DNA of 64,000 nucleotides from the NCBI GenBank assembly GCA_964478135.1, contig CAYZGQ010000001.1, positions 3,365-67,364 of the forward strand, read 5' to 3'. The stretch is from an uncultured Candidatus Saccharibacteria bacterium. GTDB lineage: Bacteria > Patescibacteriota > UBA1384 > GWA2-35-9 > CAYZGQ01. Positions 30,401 through 38,630 of the stretch are shown in pieces. A program made the translations under genes and the position numbers. The notes under the pieces are model-generated. The model worked only from the letters and a program-made list of their open reading frames with translations, searched no databases and was not told the DNA's origin. How positions within the stretch are numbered: position 1 is the first letter of the stretch; each line of letters starts with the position of its first letter.

Positions 30401-32896
30401 CAGACAAATACTCGATTGGGTCTCGGGACAAGTTCGCCACTTTTTCCGATTCATGTTGTTAGATCGGGCGGTGGCGGGACGTTGAATTTTGACACTTACG
30501 CCGGTTCTGGACTGGGCAACAGCGCCATTCAAGGTCGGCGGGCGGCCGGAACTTTGGCCAGCCCGACAGCCACTCTGTCGGATATGACTCTGTTCGATCT
30601 GCTTGGGTCTGGCTACGACGGTTCAGCTTTCACCGGACAGATCGCTTCGATACGCATGCAAGCCAATCAGAATTTTAGCCCGACCAGTCAGGGCACCAGG
30701 ATTGTCTTTTTGACCACGGCCAATGATTCGACGACCGCGACTGAACGGCTGCGGATCAAACACAATGGCGATGTGGCAATCGGCAACGGCTCGACCGATC
30801 AGATATTATTTGGTTCGACCGGCTCGGCGGTCTTCAACGAACAGGGCAATGATGCCGATTTTCGGGTCGAGGGCGACACCGACGCCAATCTATTGTTCAC
30901 CGACGCTTCGGCCGATGTCTTGGGTGTCGGCACCGCGACCTTCGAAGCCAACACCCGCAAGATGGAGGTGAGATACACCGATACCGCGACCTCCGGAGGC
31001 ACCTTTTCAACGATTAGATTGCTTTCGGACATCAATGCTCCTTCTAACTCCACGGCATCCCATTTTGGTCTAGGAACGACTTTAAGAACCGCGAGCGGCA
31101 ACGCTTCCAACTACACCGACTCCACGACAGGTATTAAGGCGATGAACTTTGTCGTCCAGCACCGAGGCACAGGCACGGTTACTAGAATGACAGGCTTGGG
31201 CGGCAATGTCACCAACAGCTCAAGCGGTACGATTACGACTGCCGAGAGCATCGTGGCTGGGGTTGACCTGACCTCAACCGGTCCGATTACTACTTGGAAC
31301 GCCCTGCGGGTCTTCGCGCCCTCTATCACTGGCTCTGGGGTGCTGACTAACGCTCGCGGGCTTTACATCAGTAACATCACAGGGGCCTCCACGCAGAATC
31401 TAGCTATCCTGACAGAAGGGGGCGGAGTAGTCTTTAATGAAAACGGCACGGACAGCGATTTCCGGGTCGAGGGCGACACCGATGCCAATCTATTGTTCAC
31501 CGACGCTTCGGCTGATCGGGTTGGTATAGGGACAAACACCCCTTCGCTCAAACTTCACGTGGTGGACAACTCTTCAACTTCGGCTATTTTCCAGCGCAAC
31601 AGCACTGCCACCGGTTCGAGTGTTGGCTCAACGGTTTTTTTGGATAATTTGGACACCACGACCAACAATGGAGCTCGTTTGATTTTTAGAACCAACGATA
31701 CTGGCGGCGCAACCAGGCAAGCGGCTGGAATAGGCTCGCTCGTAACCGCCCGGGGTGCTAGCAGTGTGACTGGCGATCTGGTATTCCTGACCAACAACAA
31801 CTCAACCGGCGTTTCCGAGGTTGCTCGGTTAACCGGAGCGGGCGCGCTTGGCATTGGTGAGTCGCCGGCGGCCAATATGAAGCTTGATGTCGCTGGCCGG
31901 GTTCAGATTAATCTGGCCGGAACCCAAACCTCGGTTGCCTTGTGCGGTAGTCACCCGGCTGGCGGCGGGGCCTCGGTTTCCGATGTCGAGATTGTTGACT
32001 GCACCGGCACGCCGGCGGCTGACTATGCCGAGATCTATCCGGTTTCAAACGATGTTGAATACACTGATTTAGTGGCTATCGGACCGGATTCGGTTAAAAC
32101 CACCGATCAAAACTCGATTCAAAGGCTAGTCAAAGCTACGATCGCCAATCAAGCCAACACTTTAGGAGTCGTTGTTGACAACTACGGCGATTTCTCCTCG
32201 GTCGGTCACAACATTAAAGGTTCTGATAATCCCAAACCGGTCGCGCTTTCAGGCCGGGTGAGAGTGAAAGTTTCCGGCCAGTCGGGCGCGATAGCGCCCG
32301 GCGATTATCTGACCGCCTCGTCCAAACCCGGTCGGGCGATGAAGGCGACCTCAAGCGCCAAGATAGTTGGAGTGGCTTTGGGATCATTTAGCGGCGACGA
32401 GGGGACGGTAATGATGTTTGTCAGCAATTTCTGGTATAATCCGTCTTCGGGCGAGAGTATTCAGGGTACCCAAACTGCATCCTACCAGGCGCTCGAAGTT
32501 GCCGGCCTTTTGCGAACGAATCTTTTGGAGGTTGCCGGGCCAGCCGAGTTCAAAGGTAGTTTAGTTGTCTGGGGTGAAACAACCTTTAAGGCACCGGTTG
32601 TGGTTCAAAAGACGCTGACTGCTAAAGAAAAGATCGTGTCCAAAGGTGACCTTGAGCTCAAGGGCAATCTTGTTCTAAACCCCGACATTAAAGGGTCAGC
32701 CTTGCCAGTGACTAAGGGCGCGACCAGCCTTGAGGTCGTGTTTAGCAAGCCCCAAGCTGACACAAGCTACTTGGCTTTCGTCACGCCATCCCAGCCGATC
32801 GGTTTTGGCGTTACCAAACAATCTGACAAAATGATCGTTACCTTTGAGGCCGAGGCGCCGGAAGGATTAATCCTGGATTGGCTGATAGTCAGATGA
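27446..32896 (+). CDS. giant (1816 aa from TTG 27446) membrane protein: 2x HTH_17-like repeats, one TM helix, tail-fibre-like ectodomain
   Basis: Two N-terminal repeats (LAQAGQLFGYSAGHMNYLARSGKIIALKLGGQWYTT.AAV.AY and LAQAAKQYGYSAGHLNLLAREGKLEAVKLGRNWYTTERAIDQY). TM helix FKLGLITLIVSGLAFGLG. Ectodomain with repeated ..YGGTG(L/Q)T..PSNGQLLIGNGSGYTLA.. and NE.G.D.DFRVEGDTDANLLFTDASAD motifs. The frame is open from 27392, so the start is uncertain. Confidence 0.85.
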   Translation: MIPLAQAGQLFGYSAGHMNYLARSGKIIALKLGGQWYTTRAAVSAYQAGQPQPENPTGFMSLAQAAKQYGYSAGHLNLLAREGKLEAVKLGRNWYTTERAIDQYRQGVREIELVPDSPDPALQISQPENINVKVRPVASYQGFGITETDDDAPGPTGGFRLKSVMVSRGFKLGLITLIVSGLAFGLGRLVQGWRTGELNGLGPSGIAAYLFGGELAQGDRLGSGFLGSITRERAQSDTPGVRPEASPSPDTVVNNTTVNNYNQTVNNDNRQVTNISTTKTAKDIVGELSDPQVSDDITINSSKAGSFSPSGNTTALTVKQSSASPSETPIVKIQNASGANLVTVDFEGNLGLAGGSRLEIGGQQIGIANLADGSSIASLSGSQTLTNKTLSAGVIYQGSAISPSYGGTGLTSAPSNGQLLIGNGSGYTLAALTAGTAINVTNGSGSITIANSGVTSLSAGTGIAVSGSSGAVTLTNSGVTALTGTTNQVSLSGSTGSITISTPQNIHTGASPTFSRLNLSEASNQLVLQSNSVTGSLTWTPVTSNKTITLPNLTGTAFLIDGGQTISSAVWNASAIGPSYGGTGQTTLAKGDILYGSATDIWSRLAVGSIGYVLQVSLDGVPEWATISSLSVGNADTLDSLDSADFLRATASDTFEGVNSRTLTIQSDLSSGARTVDLLTISQANDPTNNFTTGNLLTIAQLDTGSSADALELNQTGSGKAINIVSGELATAGNIVQTGATTLSTGTGAVSLGGDTTIATGKNLTLASGTGTFSQIFSNTTGTGANWNITNSGSSGTNTVGGIGLVLAGTANTTGSNVINAINFSNVPPATNNSYYALNVGTGFTDIVRYNGAQLISGSGVIQSAALSGNYTGVTGVGILSTGTWNADTIIFAKGGTGLTATPSNGQLLIGNGSGYTLAGLTGTTNQINVASGAGSITLSTPQNIHTAASPTFAGLTLSDLTPGSLVFAGAGGVISQDNAKFFWDQTNTRLGLGTSSPLFPIHVVRSGGGGTLNFDTYAGSGLGNSAIQGRRAAGTLASPTATLSDMTLFDLLGSGYDGSAFTGQIASIRMQANQNFSPTSQGTRIVFLTTANDSTTATERLRIKHNGDVAIGNGSTDQILFGSTGSAVFNEQGNDADFRVEGDTDANLLFTDASADVLGVGTATFEANTRKMEVRYTDTATSGGTFSTIRLLSDINAPSNSTASHFGLGTTLRTASGNASNYTDSTTGIKAMNFVVQHRGTGTVTRMTGLGGNVTNSSSGTITTAESIVAGVDLTSTGPITTWNALRVFAPSITGSGVLTNARGLYISNITGASTQNLAILTEGGGVVFNENGTDSDFRVEGDTDANLLFTDASADRVGIGTNTPSLKLHVVDNSSTSAIFQRNSTATGSSVGSTVFLDNLDTTTNNGARLIFRTNDTGGATRQAAGIGSLVTARGASSVTGDLVFLTNNNSTGVSEVARLTGAGALGIGESPAANMKLDVAGRVQINLAGTQTSVALCGSHPAGGGASVSDVEIVDCTGTPAADYAEIYPVSNDVEYTDLVAIGPDSVKTTDQNSIQRLVKATIANQANTLGVVVDNYGDFSSVGHNIKGSDNPKPVALSGRVRVKVSGQSGAIAPGDYLTASSKPGRAMKATSSAKIVGVALGSFSGDEGTVMMFVSNFWYNPSSGESIQGTQTASYQALEVAGLLRTNLLEVAGPAEFKGSLVVWGETTFKAPVVVQKTLTAKEKIVSKGDLELKGNLVLNPDIKGSALPVTKGATSLEVVFSKPQADTSYLAFVTPSQPIGFGVTKQSDKMIVTFEAEAPEGLILDWLIVR
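28685..28987 (+). repeat. intragenic duplicated segment, copy 1 (PSNGQLLIGNGSGYTLA ... GSITISTPQNIHTGASPTF)
   Basis: 28685-28736 is near-identical to 30152-30203 (about 3 mismatches in 52 nt). 28931-28987 is near-identical to 30248-30304 (4 mismatches in 57 nt). Confidence 0.85.
30152..30304 (+). repeat. intragenic duplicated segment, copy 2
   Basis: See copy 1. In this copy the two conserved blocks are only 44 nt apart, against 194 nt in copy 1. Confidence 0.85.
30857..30916 (+). repeat. 60-nt intragenic direct repeat, copy 1 (DFRVEGDTDANLLFTDASAD)
   Basis: Matches 31457-31516 at 57 of 60 nt by eye. Confidence 0.85.
31457..31516 (+). repeat. 60-nt intragenic direct repeat, copy 2
   Basis: Matches 30857-30916 at 57 of 60 nt by eye. 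Confidence 0.85.
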
Positions 32897-32949
32897 ACCG
32901 TCTTTAATAAGTTAATAGACTAACTAAAAAAGGGGAGAAAGGAGATTGT

Positions 32950-33408
32950 ATGAAGTCCAAAACAGTTGTTATCGCGTTGGTGGTGATAGCGATCGTGTCC
33001 ACAGCCGCCTATTACTTTGGCGTGGTTATTCAAACACGAGCCCAAAAGCCGACCGCCCAATCTGTGTCTCGTAGTTACGAGGCGGTCTTTCTAACTAACG
33101 GCCAGGTTTATTTTGGCAAAGTGGCCAAAAGAGACCGGGACGAGATCGTGGTCAGAGACATTTATTACTTGAGAGTTGAGCAACAACTTCAGCCCGCTCC
33201 AGAGAATCAGACGGACCAGCAACCTAAAATAGCTTTAGTTAAGCTGGGTGATGAAATCCACGGCCCTCAAGACATTATGAGGATCAATACCCAACATGTT
33301 CTTTTCACAGAGAAGCTAAAAGAAAACGGTCAGGTAGTCCAGACAATTCTGCGTCACAAGCAAGGCGCGACCAGCCAGTCTTCGGCTCAACAATCTCCGG
33401 TCGAGTGA
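32950..33408 (+). CDS. hypothetical single-pass membrane protein
   Basis: AAGGAG-N5-ATG. N-terminal TM helix (VVIALVVIAIVSTAAYYFGVV), a small globular region and a Q/S-rich tail. Confidence 0.55.
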   Translation: MKSKTVVIALVVIAIVSTAAYYFGVVIQTRAQKPTAQSVSRSYEAVFLTNGQVYFGKVAKRDRDEIVVRDIYYLRVEQQLQPAPENQTDQQPKIALVKLGDEIHGPQDIMRINTQHVLFTEKLKENGQVVQTILRHKQGATSQSSAQQSPVE

Positions 33409-33447
33409 TGGACTGACTTGACCAGATCGTGGTAGTATATAAAAATC

Positions 33448-34581
33448 ATGACTAAACGTCTCATCGTTGCGGGCGCTCTAATTTTGGCACTTTTGATTGG
33501 CGGAGCCGGCGGAGCGGCCTTTGTTTTGATCAGTGGTATTTCGAGTGTTCCGTCAGGCGCTATTGGGTCGGCCAAAAGTGATGCCAGCCGGGTTGAGAAA
33601 GTGGTTGTCGAGCAGTCATCGGGCGTGATAGACAGTGTTAAGAAAGTTTCTTCATCGGTTGTGGCGATCACTGTTAAGGGACAAGTGATTGATTTCTTTT
33701 TTGGACCAGTTTCTACCAGTTCGGCCGGCACTGGTTTTATCGTTACTGCCGATGGGTTAATTATCACTAATAAACATGTTGTTGCGGACGATAAGTCGGA
33801 ATACACGGTTTTCTTGCCAGACGGACGAAATTTTTCGGCCAAGGTGGTTGACCGCGACCCGCTCCAGGATTTGGCCTTTATTAAGATCGAGTCGAACGGT
33901 TTGCCGGTGGTTGAGTTGGGAGATTCTGACCGATTACAGGTAGGCGAGCAGGTGATTGCGATCGGCAACGCCTTGGGCGAGTTTCAAAATACAGTAACAG
34001 TTGGAGTGATTTCAGCCAAGAATCGTCAGATTACGGCATCAAACGGGGGTCAGGCCGAACCACTATCCGGCCTTTTACAAACCGATGCGGCCATCAACTC
34101 GGGCAACTCCGGCGGCCCGCTGGTTAATTTACGCGGTCAAGTGATCGGGATTAACACCGCTACCGCGACCAAGGGCGCCGCCGAAGGAATTGGCTTTGCC
34201 ATACCGACTAACACTGTTAAGCCTTCTTTAACCAGGATTACTAAACTCGGCCGAATTGCTCGGCCAATGCTTGGAGTTAGGTTTGCCAACATCACAAAAG
34301 AGTTGGCTGACCTGGAAAACTTGCCGGTTACTCAAGGCGCTTTGCTCGTGTCAGATGTCCAGGGTCGCCAACAAGCGGTTGTGGCCGGCGGACCGGCTGA
34401 CAAAGCCGGCCTTAAAAACGGTGACATTATTAGCCACATTAATGGTGATAAGATTGATCAGAGTAACTCTTTGCCCCAATTGATTGATCAGTATAACCCG
34501 GGGGACACGGTTGAGCTGACCGTGATCCGAGACCAAAAGACGCTCAAGATCAAAGTTCGACTCGAGGAGCTCAAGGTTTAG
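33448..34581 (+). CDS. htrA: HtrA/DegP-family serine protease with PDZ domain
   Basis: TM anchor. Catalytic triad contexts TNKHVV, DLAFIKI and GNSGGPLVN. C-terminal PDZ domain (GGPADKAGLKNGDIISHING). Confidence 0.9.
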   Translation: MTKRLIVAGALILALLIGGAGGAAFVLISGISSVPSGAIGSAKSDASRVEKVVVEQSSGVIDSVKKVSSSVVAITVKGQVIDFFFGPVSTSSAGTGFIVTADGLIITNKHVVADDKSEYTVFLPDGRNFSAKVVDRDPLQDLAFIKIESNGLPVVELGDSDRLQVGEQVIAIGNALGEFQNTVTVGVISAKNRQITASNGGQAEPLSGLLQTDAAINSGNSGGPLVNLRGQVIGINTATATKGAAEGIGFAIPTNTVKPSLTRITKLGRIARPMLGVRFANITKELADLENLPVTQGALLVSDVQGRQQAVVAGGPADKAGLKNGDIISHINGDKIDQSNSLPQLIDQYNPGDTVELTVIRDQKTLKIKVRLEELKV

Positions 34582-34597
34582 GCCGGCCATTTGGGTT

Positions 34598-35275
34598 CTA
34601 GCTGGCTGGCGAGGGGCTTGGGCTAGCGGCTGATTGGCCAGTTTGACGGGCGAACACAATGTAACGTTTGACGAGCGTGCCCGGAGGCCAAGAGGTTTGG
34701 AGAGTTATGGTTTTGTCTTTCGGATCTTTGGGCGTTGGGTCTAGAACCGAGAAGTCGTCAGAGGCGACCACCTTCTTGCCAAAGACCTCGTATTGGTAGG
34801 CGACATTTTTGTAATAGACGATGAACCGATCGCCTTTGTCGAGTTTGTCGATACTTTTGAAGATTTCTTTAAGTTCTGGTTTACCCGGGAAGTTTTTAAA
34901 GTAGCTCGAGTGACCGAAGATGTACATATTTCCCAGTTGGTCCGGTTTCTGGCTACCTTTTAGATGTGCGACACCGAGCTGGGAGGTGATTTTTTGATAG
35001 ACCGGTTCGTTAGCCCCGTCAACATCCGCGATAATTGGAACCCGGATGCTGATTTTTTCGATCTCAAGACCAAATTCTTTGATCTCGACTGGTTCTGGCA
35101 GGGAACTTTGATTAAGCCCTGAAGGAGAGGCAGAGGGTTGAACGATTGATACGTTCAAGCCTGACTTTACCAAAGCAAGCGTTCCGGCAACAACCATAGC
35201 GCTTGCTAGTCCAATACCAAGAATAACTAGCTTTTTTTGAGTAGTCACTTGTGGCAAGACAGATTGTGGGTTCAC
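34598..35275 (-). CDS. sortase-family protein with Ser at the catalytic Cys position (no Cys in the protein)
   Basis: N-terminal TM anchor. The His loop NMYIFGHSSY, KGDRFIVYY..VAYQYEV, and ITLQTSWPPGT..KRYIVFARQ align with sortase TLxTC...R. The nucleophile codon is TCT (plus-strand aga 34691-34693). The start overlaps the stop of the upstream LPKTG gene by 4 nt. Confidence 0.8.
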   Translation of the reverse strand: MNPQSVLPQVTTQKKLVILGIGLASAMVVAGTLALVKSGLNVSIVQPSASPSGLNQSSLPEPVEIKEFGLEIEKISIRVPIIADVDGANEPVYQKITSQLGVAHLKGSQKPDQLGNMYIFGHSSYFKNFPGKPELKEIFKSIDKLDKGDRFIVYYKNVAYQYEVFGKKVVASDDFSVLDPTPKDPKDKTITLQTSWPPGTLVKRYIVFARQTGQSAASPSPSPAS

Positions 35276-38200
35276 GCGAGCCGGCGTCGAAGGGTTACCG
35301 CGACCGATCCAGCGGCAAGAGCGGCCAGTCCGATCAAGGCCAGTAGGTTGAGCGCGAGCGTGTTGGCCCCGGTTTTCGGCAGCTCAACAACCTGCGCCGA
35401 AACCTGATCGGTGTTAATTGACTCGTTGCCAGTTGTATCGAGGGAGCGCAGGGTGTAGTAGTATGTCCCTTTGGCGGTCAGGCTGTCATTATAACTCGTG
35501 TCTGCCTTGACGGTCGTCTTAATTTTATCGCCTAGCTTTCCAGATTCACTCGAGCGGTAAATGTTAATCTTGTCAAAGTCAGAGTCGGTTGGATTTTTCC
35601 AAGTTAAACTGATCTTACCAGTGCCGGCAGTCGCTTTGACTTCGCTTGGAGCGGCCGGCGGGGCGCTGTCAGCGTTGGCCGCCAGGCCAAAGACGGTTAA
35701 GTGGGAAACCAAACAACTAACTTCGTTTTTAGTGGTGTCAACGGTGCAGTTTTCCTTAGACAGTGAACCATCGGTCTCGTTGAATGAGACGATCTGGATA
35801 TCAGCTTCTTTGACCCCGGCCGGAATATCGGATTCTTTATAGGGGAAGGTGACGGTCAAGGGACTGTTGGGAGAAGTAATGTTAGAACCATTAGAGTCGA
35901 TCGCCGTGATATTATAAGCCTTTCCAAAGACAGAGGCACCTTCTTGGGCAGGCATTTCTGCTGTGGCGCCAACATTAAGCGTGACATTAGCGTCATCATT
36001 GTTTTTATCGAGTGCATCTGCGGGCACTTGGATGTTCATACCATCGCTTAAGGAGATTGCCGTAGCCGAACCCGAATTGCCAGTTCTTGAAGCGTCAGCT
36101 GGCAAAACGTTGCTTTGGGTAGTCAAACTAAAATCTTGGGTGAGATTGGTCGTTTGACCCTTGGTGTTAACCAGTTTTTCACCTGGTAGGATTATGACAT
36201 CTTTTTGGTTATCAGCATCTTTGGCGACATCAAGGTGCCAGACAGTATCTTTGGTGGCATTCATTGAGTATTTGCCATTGGAATCAGTCCGGACTTGGTT
36301 GACAGCGCCGTCGTCGGAATAGGCGCTGACAAGGGCATTGTTGACTGTTTGAGCGCTGGAATCATTAACTGTGCCTTCAAACTTAAAGTCGGCTTTGCGT
36401 AACTTAAAGTCAACCCCAGTTTTAGTTTCTTGATTGCCCACGCTAACGATTTGTTCAGCCGGTGGTAGCCAGCCATTTTTATTCAGCACTTCGGGCGCCA
36501 TAAAAACTCGGATGTTTTGGGTTTCACTGGAAGTGACATCGATTGAGTAGCTACCATTCGTATCAGTTTGGCCACTGAATTCGAAGAAGTCAGGCACAGG
36601 ACCTTTAGTTGCGTTGCGGTTATCGTCGTCTAGGCCGTTGTCCACTTTAACTTTCGCTCCCACGACCGCGTTACCATCGGGATCGGTGACTTTACCTTGG
36701 ATTTTGCTGTCAAGGGCTTTGAGTGTTACTTTAACCTCTGCCGTTTGGCCGGCCGTCAGGCTGACTTTGTCTTTGGGGGGTACCATGGCAAAGCCTGAAC
36801 CTGGTTCGATAAAGACACCGACACGGTAGGGGCTTTGCCCGGCAACAACACTAATGTTGTTAACAGAGGCGGCTCCGCCATGACCGGCGAAATCACCCAT
36901 GACATTGACACCTTTGTCAGAAATAGCAAAGGCGTGGGCAAAGACGCCGGAAATGGCACTGCCGTCAGATTTCACTAACTTAACGGCAATGTTAGCATCG
37001 GTAGGAACCAGCTTGATATCAATTGATTTGACCTCGTTTTTAGCAAGTTTGACCTTGCTAAATCCTTCGGGCATAAAGCCGTTCATTGGCATCATTGGGT
37101 TTAATGTGTACTCATTGTCACCGGGAACTTTGATATTAGCGCTCCCACGCTGGATTGGTTTACCCAGAAAGCCGATCGTATCACTATTAACTTCCATAAA
37201 GCCAAAGCTGTCAGAGACGACAGCTTTGGTGTCAGAACGGGTAATCCTGGCCTTGATGGTGGCATCGGCGTTAAGTGCCTCGAAGGTAGCTGTTCCACCG
37301 GCTTCAACGAACTGTGGCCCGCCTTTGATCACCTTGGAACTGCCAGCCTGTTGCTCTTGATCCTTTTGACCACCTTCAGGTCCAAAGTTCTCTGACATCA
37401 CCATCACGCCGTATTTGCCCGTGCCGACCACAGGGATCGTGCCGGTTGCTTCGGTCCCAGTCAGCTTAAGAATAGTAAAGCCGAATTCACCGCCTCCACC
37501 GACGCCCATCTTAAAGACATTGGCATTCATGTCGGCGGAGCCGTTTTTAACCACGACTTTGATTGCCTTTTCTTTTTTTACCAGAGTCAGGATACCGAGG
37601 TTTTTGGTTTCGCCGGCTTTAACCGCGATTGGCTCAATGACAGGCGCTGCGAACTGGGCGGCGTTGGGATTTTGGAAGTTCGGTGGCGAAAAGATGTCGA
37701 AATTATAGCTTTTTCCTCCGGCTACTTTCACGTTGAAGTTGACCGAGGAGGCACCCGGGGTAATCTGGAGGGGCGCGCCAAAGCCAAAGTCATTACCGGC
37801 CCGGATACCAAGACCGGTGCCTTGAGCTAGGGCGGATCCATCAGGCGTGGTAATTGTACCGGTAACCGCGGCGTCGACTTTTACGAAGTTATTAATGTTA
37901 ACGGTGACTGTTTCCACTGAATCGTCGTCTTTAAAGCTAGCCTGAATTGGCGGACCGCTCATCACGAAACTGCCGGCCCCATCGCTCGGGGCATGGATAT
38001 TCCATCTACCACCCGAGAGTTTGACGCTGTAGTTGCCGCTCCCGTCGGTTTTAGTTTGGGCAAAACCACCCGCTTCTTTAAAGAAGTTTAAGCTAGTAGT
38101 GATTACAGCTTCACCGGTCGCGGTGGTTGCTTTACCGGTTAAAGTTTTGGTCGCAGATTTAAATTTAATGGTTTTGCCAGTCAATTGGCTGCCGGTGTAG

Positions 38201-38577
38201 GTACCAAGATCTGTGAACGGGGGAGAGATTAATCCAGTGGTTGAGCCGTCAAACGGTGGGAAAAGATCGGCCACGAGCTTGTCGCCGCTTTGGGTGTTAT
38301 TAGCGAAGTCTTGGATAGTTGCCAGGCCGTTAGCGTCTGAATTGCTAAATAAGGAATATTTAAAATCAATCGGATGGACGTTAACTCCGGCGTTTTTGAC
38401 CGGCGCGCCATCGGCATCCTGGATGGTAATTACAATAATGGTTTTAGCCGTGGGTGGTGGTTGGGCGAGTGAGGCGCCAGAGTAGGCGAGGACTAGGCCC
38501 GCGATAGTGAAGACGCTTGTAAGGCCGCGCCAGTACAGGCGGAAAGCACCCGCCTGGGTCGTTCCTGATTGTAACAT
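35272..38577 (-). CDS. LPKTG-anchored giant surface protein (about 1101 aa), CarboxypepD_reg/Ig-like repeats plus C-terminal FN3
   Basis: I set the start at ATG 38577, preceded by AAAGGAGGG-N4; the ORF-track TTG 38598 lies upstream of that SD. Signal peptide ...LVLAYSGASLAQ. The C-terminus has an FN3 domain (ISLTWKNPTDSDFDKINIYRS) followed by LPKTG, a hydrophobic stretch and RRRLA. Confidence 0.85.
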   Translation of the reverse strand: MLQSGTTQAGAFRLYWRGLTSVFTIAGLVLAYSGASLAQPPPTAKTIIVITIQDADGAPVKNAGVNVHPIDFKYSLFSNSDANGLATIQDFANNTQSGDKLVADLFPPFDGSTTGLISPPFTDLGTYTGSQLTGKTIKFKSATKTLTGKATTATGEAVITTSLNFFKEAGGFAQTKTDGSGNYSVKLSGGRWNIHAPSDGAGSFVMSGPPIQASFKDDDSVETVTVNINNFVKVDAAVTGTITTPDGSALAQGTGLGIRAGNDFGFGAPLQITPGASSVNFNVKVAGGKSYNFDIFSPPNFQNPNAAQFAAPVIEPIAVKAGETKNLGILTLVKKEKAIKVVVKNGSADMNANVFKMGVGGGGEFGFTILKLTGTEATGTIPVVGTGKYGVMVMSENFGPEGGQKDQEQQAGSSKVIKGGPQFVEAGGTATFEALNADATIKARITRSDTKAVVSDSFGFMEVNSDTIGFLGKPIQRGSANIKVPGDNEYTLNPMMPMNGFMPEGFSKVKLAKNEVKSIDIKLVPTDANIAVKLVKSDGSAISGVFAHAFAISDKGVNVMGDFAGHGGAASVNNISVVAGQSPYRVGVFIEPGSGFAMVPPKDKVSLTAGQTAEVKVTLKALDSKIQGKVTDPDGNAVVGAKVKVDNGLDDDNRNATKGPVPDFFEFSGQTDTNGSYSIDVTSSETQNIRVFMAPEVLNKNGWLPPAEQIVSVGNQETKTGVDFKLRKADFKFEGTVNDSSAQTVNNALVSAYSDDGAVNQVRTDSNGKYSMNATKDTVWHLDVAKDADNQKDVIILPGEKLVNTKGQTTNLTQDFSLTTQSNVLPADASRTGNSGSATAISLSDGMNIQVPADALDKNNDDANVTLNVGATAEMPAQEGASVFGKAYNITAIDSNGSNITSPNSPLTVTFPYKESDIPAGVKEADIQIVSFNETDGSLSKENCTVDTTKNEVSCLVSHLTVFGLAANADSAPPAAPSEVKATAGTGKISLTWKNPTDSDFDKINIYRSSESGKLGDKIKTTVKADTSYNDSLTAKGTYYYTLRSLDTTGNESINTDQVSAQVVELPKTGANTLALNLLALIGLAALAAGSVAVTLRRRLA
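35368..35382 (-). other. LPKTG sortase-recognition motif codons
   Basis: The reverse complement of 35368-35382 reads ctg ccg aaa acc ggg (L P K T G). It is followed by 26 mostly hydrophobic residues and RRRLA. Confidence 0.85.
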
Positions 38578-38630
38578 TATCCCTCCTTTTGAGCTCAAGA
38601 TATATTTAATTAATTTGTAATTCTGTTTTT

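Noticed and set aside
28685-31516. Direct repeats that might have suggested a CRISPR or other non-coding array.
   Set aside because: The repeats are in frame inside one continuous CDS and encode repeated peptide motifs. There is no regular repeat-spacer periodicity.
33387-33968. 193-aa antisense ORF across the 5' half of htrA.
   Set aside because: The htrA frame carries the full His/Asp/Ser triad and a PDZ domain. The antisense product is featureless.
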